From Octopus sinensis (taxonomy: Eukaryota), in contig NC_043018.1 in NCBI RefSeq assembly GCF_006345805.1, positions 17,360,001 through 17,424,000 of the forward strand: 64,000 bases of DNA. The letters run 5' to 3'. The position numbers were made by a program, and so were the translations under genes. This document shows, one piece after another, positions 1 through 13,663 of the stretch (position 1 is its first letter; each line of letters opens with the position of its first letter). The notes beneath the pieces are model-generated. The model saw nothing but the letters and a program-made list of their open reading frames with translations. It had not been told where the DNA came from and did not search any database.

Positions 1-535
1 AACGTACATTGGCAACACCCTATTAAGATTTTATTGTTTCGATGTTAGTTCTTGAAAATATTAGCTTTCATCTGTTTACTCATTTATTTAAACCTTTCAA
101 GGATTTCAGTGAATTCATCTAATTGTCTTACTTGCAGATAATTCCATGTAGAACGTTCAAATCCTCTTTTGCAGTGAAGCCACATTTATTCACAAGCTTT
201 GTTGCAATCCACAGATTGATATTCTTTTAGAGATTTTTTTTTCTTTTCTCCTTATAATCTCATTTTTATCAGGATTATGGTTAAACTTTTGAAATTGGAA
301 CCTGAATTCAGATTGGTACTCAGGCTTCCCTTCTTCATCTTTGAGGCGTTGTTGAGCCTTGTGCTCACCTTGGCTGCCCATCGTTTCTTGGAATTCTAAT
401 TCTTTTCCATCTTTATAGTTGAAATAGGTGTTTACAAAATAAACAGTTATTTTCATTGGTTAGGATCGTAGGAAGAACTTTTCATGCGAGCATGTATGTG
501 TGTAAGTGCGTGAGCATGTACGCATGTATGTACAT

Positions 536-917
536 GGAGGCGCAATGGCCCAGTGGTTAGGGCAGCGGACTCGCGGTCGGAGGATCGCGGTTTCGATTCC
601 CAGACCGGGTATTGTGAGTGTTTATTGAGCGAAAACACCTAAAGCTCCATGAGGCTCCGGCAGGGGGTGGTGGTAAACCCTGCTGTACTCTTTCACCACA
701 ACTTTCTCTCACTCTTTCTTCCTGTTTCTGTTGTACCTGTATTTCAAGGGGCCAGCCTTGTCACATCATGTGTGTCACGCTGAATCTCCCCGAGAACTAC
801 ATTAAGAGTATACGTGTCTGTGGAATGCTCAGCCGCTTGCACGTTAATATCACGAGCAAGCTGTTCCGTTGATCGTATCAGCTGGGACCCTCATCGTCGC
901 AACCGATGGAGTGCTCC
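536..917 (+). mobile_element. tRNA(Arg)-derived SINE, family A (OR-like)
   Basis: Head GGAGGCGCAATGGCCCAGTGGTTAGGGCAGCGGACTCGCGG with A box, TCG anticodon-like loop and B box GGTTTCGATTCC. The ~380 bp body is repeated throughout the window. Confidence 0.9.
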
Positions 918-1464
918 TATATATGTATGTACATAGGAATGTATATAAGTATGTAAGCATGTATCTGCATATGTATGGATTTATAGGTATATTTATGGAA
1001 GGATTAATGATTGAATACTTTTAAAATTTTATTTAGGAGAAAGGCAATATCTATGATCTTTTACAGGACAGTAAAAAAAGGGGAAGAAAAAGCGAGAGAG
1101 GAACTTGTCCTGGAACTGGAGACTTTTCATGAAATCTTACCAGAGTTCGATCTGGTCTTAATATATCAAAGCTGCCACCCAAGGGGCGGTTTGTCGCGAA
1201 CGGCACCAGGCGAAATTTGAACTCAGTCTGAATAGAGTAAATGTAACACACTTAGTCGCGTTAACAAAGCGGTGTGGGTTCGACTCCCATGCGGATAGGA
1301 AATACTTCTTTTTCCTGTCCAGGGCTTATATGCCCCTTTATTAGACTATTTTTCTTAGTCATTGTCCTGTGATCGGCATAAGCTTAAAGCTTATATAAAA
1401 TGCCATTATTAGTATTTACAGAATTCTAAAAACGGCGCCATATAAAAGACCATTCGCACCGAAA

Positions 1465-1775
<311 letters not shown>

Positions 1776-3072
1776 GTTCATGCACATGCGTTGTATACCT
1801 TCTTGATTATGTATATCCATACCAATACAAGGATTTGTTGCCCATTTCAGAGATTAGTAGTATGCTAATAGTTGAGATTTTAAGTTTTTTTTGAATTTTT
1901 TTTATGTTGTTTGACCACCAAAGGGAAGAAGGGGACCAATGTGAAATGGAAAGAGCGCGGGTGTTTGTTACTTGAGGTAGACACTGAAGACAAGCGAGAC
2001 AAACTAAGTAAGGAAAGTGTATAAAATATACCATGTCAAAAACTATTGATATGAAAATACAAGTAGTCTCGTAGCCAAAACAGTTATATTCATGATGTAA
2101 ATATTTGTTATTCTAATGATTATTTGCACATCTTTTATTTGTTATATCAGTGAATATAGATTTAGTATCGTTTCATAGACGCTGACGCTTGATATTGTTG
2201 ACTTAATTTTTATGCATCAATCCTGATTATACACCCTTTCATGTTATCGCTTCTACATAAATAATTCAATCGTACAATACTTCAGATTGTGCATAGTCAG
2301 CCAGATCCTGGTCATCTAAATACTGAATGCTGTTTGAATTTTCTGGCAGTAATTATAGCTTCCTGTGAAATCTGCACAGAGATTTATAACTGCAATACTA
2401 TTGTGCAAATACGAATTTTTGGCATTAGCATAAAGCAACACGTGTACACGACTATGCGATATATCGATTCATTCTGTTCTAAATACATCGGCGATCGTTC
2501 TCTTATCTCGATCCCAGAATAAACGGATAATTCGTTCTAAGATTGTCAAGAGAAAGGAGATGGATCAATATTAGACACTATATGAACATGTCATCAGATT
2601 CTGTAAAGAATTCTTCATATGTTCTTCCAGTGTTCAAATCAAACATCTTTTAATTCCATGTAGAGCTGGCAAATAACTTTTATGATAATTTTCGCAGATG
2701 AAAAATATAAATATCGGAAAATCATACAAGTAGTCAATCTTTGCGTTGTTACGGAATTCCATACGCTTGCGTGGAAATTACATTTCAGAAAAGTTACATA
2801 TAACATACGATTTACCATGCTCTATAATCTAATTTTCTCCTATTAATAATGAACGAAATTTAATTGGATTTCAGCATACCGAGATTTGATTTGTTATATA
2901 GCGTTGGAAGTCGAAACATCTTGTTATCTTCCGCATAAACAGCCAGTATATTAATTATATTTTACGTGTACGATATAAGGTTTTACCCTTACAGAATTTC
3001 AATCTTATAAACGCAGCCTTCGTGGAAAATACTGTAAAGTATAAGATCTGTAAGTCTATTCTATTTATGTGT

Positions 3073-3450
3073 GGAGGGGCCATGGCCCAGTGGTTAGGGC
3101 AGTGGACTCGCGGTCATAGGATCGCGGTTTCGATTCCCAGACCGGAAACACCTAAAAAAGCGAAAACACCTAAAAGCTGCACGAGGCTCCGGCAGGGGAT
3201 GGTGGTGATCCCTGCTGTACTCTTTCACCACAACTTTCTCTCACTCTTACTTCCTGTTTCTGTTGTACCTGTATTTCAAAGGGGCCGGCCTTGTCACTCT
3301 CTGTGTCACGCTGAATATCCCAGAGAACTACGTTAAGGGTGCACGTGTCTGTGGAGTGCTCAGCCACTTACACGCTAATTTCACGAGCAGTCTGTTCCGT
3401 TGATTCGGATCAACCGGAACCCTCGTCGTCGTAACCGACGGAGTGCTTCC
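3073..3450 (+). mobile_element. SINE family A
   Basis: Same head and body as 536-917; flanked by the direct repeat TCTATTTATG (probable TSD). Confidence 0.9.
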
Positions 3451-3735
3451 ATCCATCTATTTATGCGACTACATTCCAAGGCATGTAAGCAGTAAGAATA
3501 ATGTAGTGCGTACGACGTAAAGCTCTTAGACAATATCACAGACAGCTACCATTCCACTCTTTCAATAATAAAGACGCTCACTTTAATGATTTTTCTCTTT
3601 CTTTTAACTATGTATCATGAGTGATGTACATCTCTTCATAGTAAGGAATATTTCTTTCATCTCTAACGTAAGTGAAACACAATGGTCACCAATTTCTCTC
3701 GATAGACCCGGCACACGCTTATTGTCGTAGTACCT

Positions 3736-3850
3736 CTTCTTCTTATTCTTCTTATTATTATTATTATTCTTATTCTTATTCTTCTTATTCTTTTTCTTCA
3801 TATTCTTCTTTTTTTTTCTTCTTCGTCTTCTTCTTCTTCTCATTCTTCTT

Positions 3851-3881
<31 letters not shown>

Positions 3882-4128
3882 TTCTTCTTCTTCTTCTTCT
3901 TCTTCTCATTCTTCTTCTTCTTCTTCTTCTCATTCTTCTTCTTCTTCTTCTTCTTCTTCTTCTTCTTCTTCTTCTTCTTCTCATTCTTCTTCTTCTTCTT
4001 CTTCTTCTTCTATTCTTCTTCTTCTTCTTCTTCTTCTTCTTCTTCTTCTTCTTCTTCTTCTTCTCATTCTTCTTCTTCTTATTCTTCTTCTTCGTCTTCT
4101 TCTTCTTTTTCTTTTTCTTCTTCTTCTT
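3736..4128. repeat. (TTC)n/(TTA)n trinucleotide microsatellite
   Basis: Directly visible; abuts the 3' end of the R4/Dong-like element. Confidence 0.97.
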
Positions 4129-4129
4129 G

Positions 4130-5040
4130 ACTTTGCTCAGATTCTATCGCTGGAGATGTACTACGGTGTCAGCTGTTCGCTATCAGTGAACTAATGTAAC
4201 ACCCCCTATCTTTCGAGCACCATCCGGAGTATTCGAACGGTTCTGAGCAGTGCTGTTTTCTGCAAATGTTCCACCCTTATTGCAGCCCTTATGTGTTCCA
4301 CGTACTTTTCAAGATTTTTACTCCCTGTTCCCAGGGCTCCGACAATTTTTGGTACTACTACCACCTTTTTTGGTGACCACAGCCTCTTAACATCTCAATC
4401 TAACCTGTTACATCAATCGACATTTCTTTCTTCCTTATCGCATACCTTTTTGTCAGTTGGGCAGTCTATATCTGTGAACCAGCATCGTTTGCTTTCTTTT
4501 TCAATTAACACTTAGTCTGGTTTCCTATTCTCTATCTCATGGTTGCACTGAATCAAAATCCCATAGGATAGATCACACTACTTGATCTATCTGTCAAGTC
4601 CATACTTGTTGCAAAGTTTCCAATGGACAATCATTGCTATATTGTCATAACGCATCCTATATTTTGTCTGGGCTAGTGGTGTACATTGACTGGTAATATG
4701 CTATACGGTTTCACCATTTTGTCCACAAATTCTGAAATTATCACTTTGTGGTTGTTTTCTTTACTGCATTTGATGTAACTGGTTTTTAAGTATCAACTTT
4801 TCATTTGTACACTCTCCATATATTTCTTTATAGAATCTCTTCTGATCTACTCTGAATAACCTATTCTGCTCGTATCCCTTTATTTTTTGGGCGTATTTTA
4901 CCATCATTGCTTCCTTTGCAACAGGGCGCTCTTTCAGTTCCTCATTGCCACTTTCAAATCCTTTCTTTCAATATCACTCTTCCTGTTCAGTGTTCTGTAT
5001 AAAGACTTGTCTGCACTTATTTACTGGTCTGTATATGCAT
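4130..5040 (-). mobile_element. R4/Dong-like non-LTR retrotransposon, 3' remnant with restriction-like endonuclease
   Basis: Minus-strand translation with stops and frameshifts: ETVxHITSQCTPLAQTKYRMRYDNIAMIVHWKLCNKYGLDR...ENRKPDxVLIEKES...VVVVPKIVGALGTGSKNLEKY...LQKTALLRTVRILRMVLER*. This matches the zinc-knuckle-region/PD-(D/E)xK C-terminus typical of the R4 clade. Confidence 0.85.
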
Positions 5041-6514
5041 ATATGAATGATTGTTGAACTTTGTCAGAAATAGCTACGGCTGTATAACTGAACTTAACAC
5101 CTACTAAATAAATATCTTAGTTTTACAGTGTACATTGGCCAGTATATTTTGTCTTCGGTTTTATTAACTTTTAAAAGTTGTGATTTATTTTTGCTGTATT
5201 GTAAATAGCCATTTTTCAAAGTTTTAGTCTATAAAATAAATGATGTTTGCACTCCTGTGACAGAAAATGGTGATTAGGTAACATTTATGCGGTTGTTTTA
5301 CTCATATGATCAGCATCTGTCTCAAATTTTATGTGAAGATAATGTTATTGTAAAGGAATATTATGTCTTGCAATAAATATAATACCCAATGTTGTGAAAT
5401 GTACAATAGAAGGAACATTGGTGGAACAGTTAGGCAAAACCTGTGACGAATTCAAATACAGACGGCATGAAATCTTCTTTCGACCAAATATGGAAAACCG
5501 CATTCAAGGCGACGAGCTTCCTTACAAATACAAACATTTTAGGTGAAAATCCCTAAGAATGGATGTAGTTTTTGAGCAGCAATATCTGATTACGGAGAAC
5601 CTTATTACAAATTTACATATGTGTACTTATTTAATTACATTTGTACCTTTGTTCCTTAATGTTACAAAAAGATATATCTTTCAAGGAAAGATATGACCAG
5701 CTAATGCACAATTTACAAATACAAACTTAAAGGAAAAAAGTAACAATAAACAAAATGTTTCGTTTTTGTTGTCCAAATTCCTGATATACATCATAGTTTA
5801 TTGTTTGTTTACACAATACATCTGCTGTAGGAAAAGTTCAAATATCTGAAAAACAAAAAACTCATGCACATACAGTATCACACACACACGATCCACACAC
5901 CTAAACGCATATACACACGCACATACACACAAACACACATGAACGGACGCAAACAAGCATAAACGATGTGTAAAATAAGTTTCATTGCTCCAAAGATTTA
6001 TGCCCGTATATTTAATCTTGTTTTCTCTAGATATGACAAACCTATATCAAAATTAAACAGTTGCAACATTCCCATTTGAAGTCCTTTTGTAATCGTGTAG
6101 TACCGCTAAAAAAGAAAGGGTAAAATAGACAAAACAAATGAGTGAAAGTGAGAGATTGTGAGATTGAGAGAGAGGCAGAACTTCAAAAAGTATATATGCA
6201 TACCTCTGAATGTAGAAGAATTTAGTGTAAATTTGTGGCAGAGAGATAAAAGTAGAGTAGCATAAAAAAACTGTTTTTCCCATAAATTATATTTTCCAAC
6301 TGATCCCCCATTCACGAGTCCCTGTAGCAATCCATGTATGATGTGTAGCATTTGTTTATCTGCTTTGTGCACAGAAATATATTTTATTTTTAGAAACCGT
6401 ACACATTCGATAGTTTAATTTTATGGAACACAGCACGTCAATCTCTTTTATGTGCAAGAAGTGCCACGGGAAAATGCATCCACTTATGGAATATATGTAA
6501 ACTGAGTGTGCGTG

Positions 6515-6538
6515 TGTATACACACACACACACACACG

Positions 6539-6630
<92 letters not shown>

Positions 6631-6631
6631 G

Positions 6632-6676
<45 letters not shown>

Positions 6677-6758
6677 ATATATATATCTATATATATAGAC
6701 AAATAGATACATATATCTACATGTACTCATATATATTCATATATATGAATGTAATATG

Positions 6759-6793
<35 letters not shown>

Positions 6794-6860
6794 TTGTATA
6801 AAACATATGAAATACAAAACACATACATATACACATATATACGTACATATGTATATATGC
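6515..6860. repeat. (CA)n/(TA)n/(TG)n compound microsatellite
   Basis: Directly visible. Confidence 0.95.
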
Positions 6861-7889
6861 ATATGTGTGAACGTGCTCTTGTGTATGATTCTGTGTCTTT
6901 GTGAGGAGAGCTACTAGAGCAAGGAAGGGTGGCTGAGTCAAATGGAGACAAAAAGTACCAATACACATCTTCAACACTCCAATATCACTCTGCAACAACA
7001 AATATAATCGTCATTTTCCCCCATCACAGTTTTCAATTATGTTCATATTTGCTTGTAAAACAGCCATAATTTCAATCGTCTTGGCATGTTGTAAAATCTA
7101 TATATTACTTGCAGCTGTTAGTGAATAATACGTTTTTATTGTTGGCAGATTATATATCGTAGAGAGCTAAGCAGAATCCTTTGAGCAACAGGATGATTGC
7201 AGTAAACCAAAGTAAATGAAATTACTCGCGTGTGTTTCTGAAATTCATTTAGTATTCGCGTTGAACGTTGAATCTCTTATACATCACAAAAGGACAGGTA
7301 AATGAATCATATTCCATTTCTCAGCTGCTCAGAGGTTGTTCTGGAATGATGTACATGTGTAGAAAATCTTCTCACAGCACTCTACAATAAAATATACGTT
7401 TGTCTCTAAGGAGGAACTGGTTTCCTGTATTGTATATATCAATGCAATGCACTATATTATATATTAATGTCATTTACGCGTCCAAACATTTTGTTAAATT
7501 TTATCAAAGAATTTTTGTTTCTTTTTGTTTTACATGATTCTCTGCACACAAGGAAGACTAGTAGACTCCGTTATGTAACTAAAGTTCTCATTTCAGATAT
7601 GGCCATAACTAGAAGCCAGGTACACTGATTAACTATAAAGATGTTGTACCAAATGAAATGAATGCAAAGGTTAGATTGTTCTACCTAAAAATACATCCAT
7701 ACACTGTTATGTTTTCGCTCCGCTTAGTCGTCGGTTTACTCAGGTGAGACGCAGTTCATTTCAAATCATAAGCGTTGTTACGTGGTTTATATTTCAGAAA
7801 AATAATATATGGGACTTCATTATTTAAGACATCCTCCATCTGTAATGAAATGTTTAGGATTTGAAAGAGATCTTGGTTCTATACTCAGC

Positions 7890-8460
7890 AGGGCTTAGGA
7901 ATATGAGAATATGTTTGCATCGTCTGTATCCGTTCTTGTTGTGGATGGAGACACGTACTTTTGGAACTAGTCTTCAAAGGATAATATCGAGAGGTACAAT
8001 AGGGGAGAATACCCAAAAGTAGAAGCGCAGGAGAGTATACTTCCACAAGGAGGGAAAAGGTTATAAAACTAGGCCTACAAGTAAAGTATACGAGATAGAC
8101 GAAAGATGGAAGGGATACTGGGAGGTGGCCACGGACTTGGAAAGACACGTAATATTTCCACTAATAAAAACAACAAAAAGACCGGATTTAGTTCTTTGGA
8201 ACAGAGACCGGAGAATGGGAATTTTACTAGAACTGACAGTACCTTGGGAAGAGAACATCGGCAATGCAGAGGAACGAAAGTAGAAGAGGTATGAAAAGCT
8301 AATCGAAGAATGTAGAGAACAGGGATGGAATGTCGAATATTATCACCTGGCAGTGGGGGCTAGAGGCTTCATTGAAAAGAAAATGACAACGCTTTTCAAA
8401 AGAAGATTTGTTTTTTCTAGCCCCGAGCTGCGTAAACAAATAAAGTTACGAAATTAGTTT
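7890..8460 (+). mobile_element. HERO/NeSL-like non-LTR retrotransposon, RLE remnant
   Basis: Plus-strand translation from ~8107: WEVATDLERHVIFPLIKTTKRPDLVLWNRDRRMGILLELTVPWEENIGNAEERK*KRYEKLIEECREQGWNVEYYHLAVGARGF. The RPD...ELTVPWEE motif is typical of HERO-type RLE. Confidence 0.85.
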
Positions 8461-9465
8461 CTTCACTTTCACCTTAAATAATATAAGTGACCGAAGTATA
8501 GTCAGCAGTAACATTAAGACGGAATTTGTTCGGAATTATATTGGAGCAATAATTCATATAATGTACCGGGTGGCCAAACATCCATAAACAGGCTCAACCA
8601 GGATTCGGCGACGAAATTCAGTGACATGTCCAATTAAAAGTATTTTTCGTATTTGTGTATGTATGTATGTGTGTGTCTGCGAGTGTGTATGCGTGTGGGT
8701 GTGCGTGTGCATGTGTTTGTGTTGTGTTTTGTTGTGTGTGTGTAAACTCATGACAAGCTTTAACTAAGTTTCTACCTACGAATTCATTCCCATGATACTG
8801 TATTCGTCAAGAAAATATTCCGATAGAAACCATTTGTTTATCGCATCGTTTCCCTTAAATGAAAGTAATCGAATTTATTCCATTGTTATTCTCACTTACA
8901 ATTATTTAACTTCGTATTTAGAATTATATCTCAGAATCTTCTCTTGAAATTCAGCTGTCTTCTCTGTGTTGACAACGAATTTATAAATATTTCGATTATA
9001 CAAATGTTTTATAATATTTTACCGTGTGTTTATATTTCCGATGTGTGTCGCCTTCCAATGAATATGAATATAAAATTGGTTCATATTTCAAAATTTACTA
9101 AGTATGTATAGGAGTGTAATAAGATATTTTGCCATGATAAATACCTCGTTAAATATATATTCCATCACAGCTAATTGCACTAAGTGTCATAACCCTCCAG
9201 TAATATTACTTAATTCATAGATTTCTGCAAATTGCTTTTCCAGATACACAGGCAGCTTTGATTATCTATAATATATTATCAATGTTATTGCATCATAATC
9301 ATAAACTGTACGGTAATTGCAGTTGGCCAAGATTAGCTTTATTTCATATAGTTTCAAATATGAATTCTATAACGGAGCATTTCAATTTATCTTGAAGGCA
9401 TCGACATTACGGCGACAGGATTATTTCTGTTTCACAACCAATATTACTGTTGTTATTAAGATGGT

Positions 9466-10085
9466 AAGATGGCAGAATCGTGAGTACGTTGGACAAAATG
9501 CTTAGCAGCAGTTCTTCTGTCCTTTAGGATTTGAGTTCAAATTCTGCCGATATCGACCTTGCCTTTCTTCCCTTTGGGGGTCGCTAAAATAAGATGCCAT
9601 TGAGCACTAAGGTTGATGTAATCGACTAAACCTTTCCCTAAAATTTCTGGCCTTGCGGCAAGCTGGCAGACTCGTTACCTTCCCAGGCGAAATGCTAGAC
9701 GGTATTTCGACTGCCGTTAAGTTCTAAGTTCAAATTCCGCTGAGATCGACTTTGCCTTTGAGTTCAATTTCTGCCGATATCGACCTTGCCTTTCTTCCCT
9801 TTGGGGGTCGCTAAAATAAGATCCCATTGAGCACTAAGGTTGATGTAATCGACTAACCCTTTCCCTAAAATTTCTGGCATTGTGGCCAGCTGGCAGAGTC
9901 ATTACCTTGCCAGGTGAAATGCTGGACGGTATTTCGACTGCCGTTAAGTTCTGAGTTCAAATTCCGCTGAGATCGACTTTGCCTTTCATCACTTCGGGGT
10001 CGATGAAATATGTACCAGTTGAGCACTGGGGTCGATGTGATCGACTATCCCCCTCCCCAAATTTCAGGCCTTGTGCATATAGTAG
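9466..10085 (+). mobile_element. SINE family E fragments with internal ~230 bp tandem duplication
   Basis: Segment GAGTTCAAATTCTGCCGATATCGACC...GAGATCGACTTTGCCTTT occurs twice (about 9533-9760 and 9760-9985). It is related to the copy at 46529. Confidence 0.75.
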
Positions 10086-10139
10086 AAAAGATTATTATTG
10101 CTATTGTCATATACACTTTGTCTCGACAGCTGCTTCTTG

Positions 10140-10480
10140 TGTGTGGAGTTACTCGTCCCGCTAGTTTTCAATCTACTTGTTCTGCTTCCTTTTCTTCGTG
10201 CTCAGCGTAGTTATGTTCAAATGTGCTTACTAGTTTGGAGACTTCTTCAAATTCCATCTGGGATAACCACTATCTTTGTACCATCACATTTTTCTGGTCT
10301 AGAAGTCTTTGCTTCGTAATTGCAAACACGTCTTTCTCTTTCTGCCAACATTTTCCTATATCATATTTCGGTAGGCTCTCATCTATAGTAGCATTCCATT
10401 ACATGCCACCCGTTCCACTTGCTGTGCAGTGTGACTCTTGCTGTGCGATACTCACATCAACCAGGTTTCAGGTTTCATGT
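10140..10480 (-). mobile_element. R4/Dong-like ORF, N-terminal remnant
   Basis: Minus-strand translation DIGKCWQKEKDVFAITKQRLLDQKNVMVQR*WLSQMEFEEVSKL resembles the R4-clade N-terminal motif W..E..F..xEQRLxDQ....WLSxxEEI. Confidence 0.65.
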
Positions 10481-10646
10481 AGGCAATTGTAATCATTCTT
10501 TTTGGCACTACTTTCATGCAGGGGAATGTAGTGACGAGATGACAGTCTTTTTTTCTTATCGAAATACAGTCTGTAGAGAGTCGCCTACTCAGGCTGAAGA
10601 AATCCTCCTCGTATGGCGACATTCTCCGCCGTTTTGTTTTTTTCAG

Positions 10647-10708
10647 GGATTCATAGAAGAGTTGCTATACTAATCGGTAATGGCGCCAGCGGCAGCGCTA
10701 CTTGTATT
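10647..10708 (+). CDS. candidate exon containing ATG at 10680 (MAPAAALLV...)
   Basis: Acceptor TTTTGTTTTTTTCAG, donor GTAAGT, and a signal-peptide-like start. No homology evidence. Confidence 0.3.
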
Positions 10709-11209
10709 GTAAGTATCGTAAATATTATTTTTACATCCAAGATTTTGGACGAAGTAGAAAGAAAAATACCCTCGTCACAGAGCAGAATCAGTGGGGATGC
10801 CGTTTTAGTTGCCGATAGTCCGACTTTGTGGCCACTGACCAGAATTCACTCATTGAGGTGTGATATGATTTCATTCCTCCCATCATGGTGGTGGCTGAGA
10901 AGTGATGGAGTGAAAATGAAGAGGGGTGCAGGAATGAAAAACGAGCGAGAAACGAGGAGGGGAGTGTATGCGTTTCACTGACTCGCTCCGTTTTCTGGAT
11001 GACAATTGTGCTGCCCCCTTCTTTGCCTGTTGTATTGTTAGTACAACGGGTTCTGCCCAGGTACCTGTCTAAGAAGTGGCCAAACCTACCCATTTATAGA
11101 AGTAAATAATTGACAGTGTTGCACCGATGCAAAACTTCCTGTACTTTTATTACGCCCTGGACTAGTGTCGGACAATATTAGAAACCATATTCTAAAAAGC
11201 TTTTTTCAG

Positions 11210-11270
11210 GTTTAGCTTTGGTAATGGCTGTGAGAAATGTCAGTCAAGATTTTGTGCACTCTACTCATAA
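11210..11270 (+). CDS. candidate terminal coding exon (LFSFGNGCEKCQSRFCALYS*)
   Basis: Acceptor CTTTTTTCAG; phase-compatible with 10647-10708. No homology evidence. Confidence 0.2.
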
Positions 11271-12121
11271 CATATTAGTATATATCCCAAGACGACTCAT
11301 AAATAATTAAGCAAAGATTACTGTGATACGATTTGATCCACAATTACGCGGCCTTCATGAAAAATTCATAACTTCGCGTCCCTATTTGCACCTATGTTTG
11401 CCTCAACGAATGTAAGATGATTATACCTGAGTTCGCGGCAATGTAGGTCGTGTTGTGATCAAAGTAAGCAAATATTTCTATACGTATCAACATTGCCCAT
11501 ATTTTCAGTATTGTATGTTTAGCTGCCTCGTTAGCATCGTGGAGATGGAAGCTGAAGCCAGAAACATATATATCTTGAAATAAGCAGGTGCAAATAAATG
11601 TGATCATTAACCAACCTCAATTCAATTTCCCCTAACTGAAAACGATTTGACTTAAATATTAATCACTGGCAAATTTCATACCACGTATGTGTATATTGAG
11701 ACTGAGTAGTACTTGTAATACTTTTGCAATCAGAATTGACTTTGTTGTCGGCATTCGCTTAAACAAGTGCGCTGGTGTTGGGAAACAAATTACTTCTGGA
11801 AATACCAAAAATAACAGATAACAAAAGATAAAACTAATACTAAAATAAGAATAGTGTATTTATTATTCTTAATGTCATTGCTGATCTTCATATTGAACAG
11901 TGGATACTATCAAATCATTAACAAAACTTTTATGAAATGGATTTATGACATTAACTGTTTAAATGCAATAAATATCAAGATGTCACATTTTCATGAGTCG
12001 GCAGATGCAGGTAGATCGTTTTAGAATTTAATGTATTAAACAATATACAGCTTGATAAATCCAAATAAACAGTGACGTATATCTATCTATCTATCGATAC
12101 ACACACACACACACACACACA

Positions 12122-12178
<57 letters not shown>

Positions 12179-12183
<5 letters not shown>

Positions 12184-12311
12184 TTCATATAACAGCTATT
12201 CGATGTTTCAAACCGAACGAAATGCATGTTAACTAGTATAGTATATACATGCAAATAGATAGATAGATACATATATGTATGTACACACACATACACGCAC
12301 ACACACACACC

Positions 12312-12376
<65 letters not shown>

Positions 12377-12501
12377 TTCATATAACAGCTATTCGATGTT
12401 TCAAACCGAACGAAATGCATGTTAACTAGTATAGTATATACATGCAAATAGATAGATAGATACATATATGTATGTACACACACATACACGCACACACACA
12501 C

Positions 12502-12589
<88 letters not shown>
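12179..12589. repeat. near-perfect ~190 bp tandem duplication including flanking microsatellites
   Basis: Unit AAATATTCATATAACAGCTATTCGATG...(CA)n(TA)n at 12179 and 12371. Confidence 0.9.
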
Positions 12590-12593
<4 letters not shown>

Positions 12594-12639
12594 GAGAAAG
12601 AGAGAGACATACGTAGATATATATGCATCGGTTTGAAAT

Positions 12640-12835
12640 TTTGGCACAAGGCCAGCAATTTCAGGGTAGACATTAATGGAATACATCAATCCCACTGCTC
12701 AAAAGATACTTATTTTGTCGACGCCGAAATAACGAAAGTTAATGTCGACCTTCGTAACATTTGAATTTAGAAAAAATATAGACGGACAAAATGCCGCTAA
12801 GCATTTATTCCGGCGTGCTAATGATTTTGCCATCT
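12640..12835 (-). mobile_element. decayed SINE family E fragment
   Basis: Reverse-complement similarity to the 46529 copy (AATGCCGCTAAGCATTT, GTCGACCT, GCACAAGGCCAGCAATT). Confidence 0.6.
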
Positions 12836-13663
12836 AGTTGTCTCAAGCGGTAGATATGTGTTAATAAATAAGATGTAAGAGGCATTACAAATACGAATAT
12901 GAAAATTTGCATTAATTCAATTTACATCGATTAATATGTGGGATTTATTATTAATCTAAGTAAGTTTAGGAATAGAAGAGATGAAGTCGGACTTGCACGG
13001 AAGATATATGAGAATTAATTGCCTTTTAGTCTTATATTAAAATATAGGAATAAACTTTACCTGTTTTACTTTAGATTTTCAAAAGTTGTACCACGAATGA
13101 TGTCTGTATTAACCGTTGTTATAAAAATAGTTTGTTTTCAAAGTATTGATGTGTCTCTGAACGCTCTCCGCTAACGTGCAAATTGATTCATCAACGTTTA
13201 TGCATTAAGCTCATTGAATATGCCATATGATAGGTACAACCTGAGATGTGGACCAGTGATATAGTTATTGTTTACATAAAATGTTGCAGATAGAGTTTAT
13301 TCTGTCGAAGAATAATGTTACTAGATAGTGCCAGTCACCACACATTTTAATGCATGTCCCTCCTTCCTTAACATGTTGTGGAGTAAGCAAGATAACGAGG
13401 TGTGGGGTAAAGGAGACGGATGATAGCTGCTACATGAATTTTGGTTTTCTTTAGAACGAGCCTAGTAGACATTTTACAAAAACAAAAATTACAAGGAAAA
13501 AGGGAATTGTGATGTTCTTTTATAGACTGTCCAGCAGATGCTACTTGTTGATAGGGAAATTCCAATGAAGAATATTTTGATCTATGTTAGAAACCGGATA
13601 TTTCCCTATTGGCAAGAAATCTTGAAATAAAACTCAATAATGACATGCATTCATACATAGTGG

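Noticed and set aside
190-456. 88 aa ORF as a gene
   Set aside because: No recognisable domain and poor splice context; its start lies at the edge of a SINE. Possibly a decayed transposon.
536-610. tRNA-Arg gene
   Set aside because: The acceptor stem does not close, and the head continues into a multi-copy SINE body with TSDs.
618-872. Recurrent ORFs [14 protein letters not shown]..., MVVIPAVLFHH..., MAEHSTDTCTL...
   Set aside because: These are incidental frames within SINE copies; the frames shift from copy to copy.
3604-4130. Poly-R and poly-F/S ORFs (also 63614-63994)
   Set aside because: These are (GAA/TTC)n microsatellite translations.
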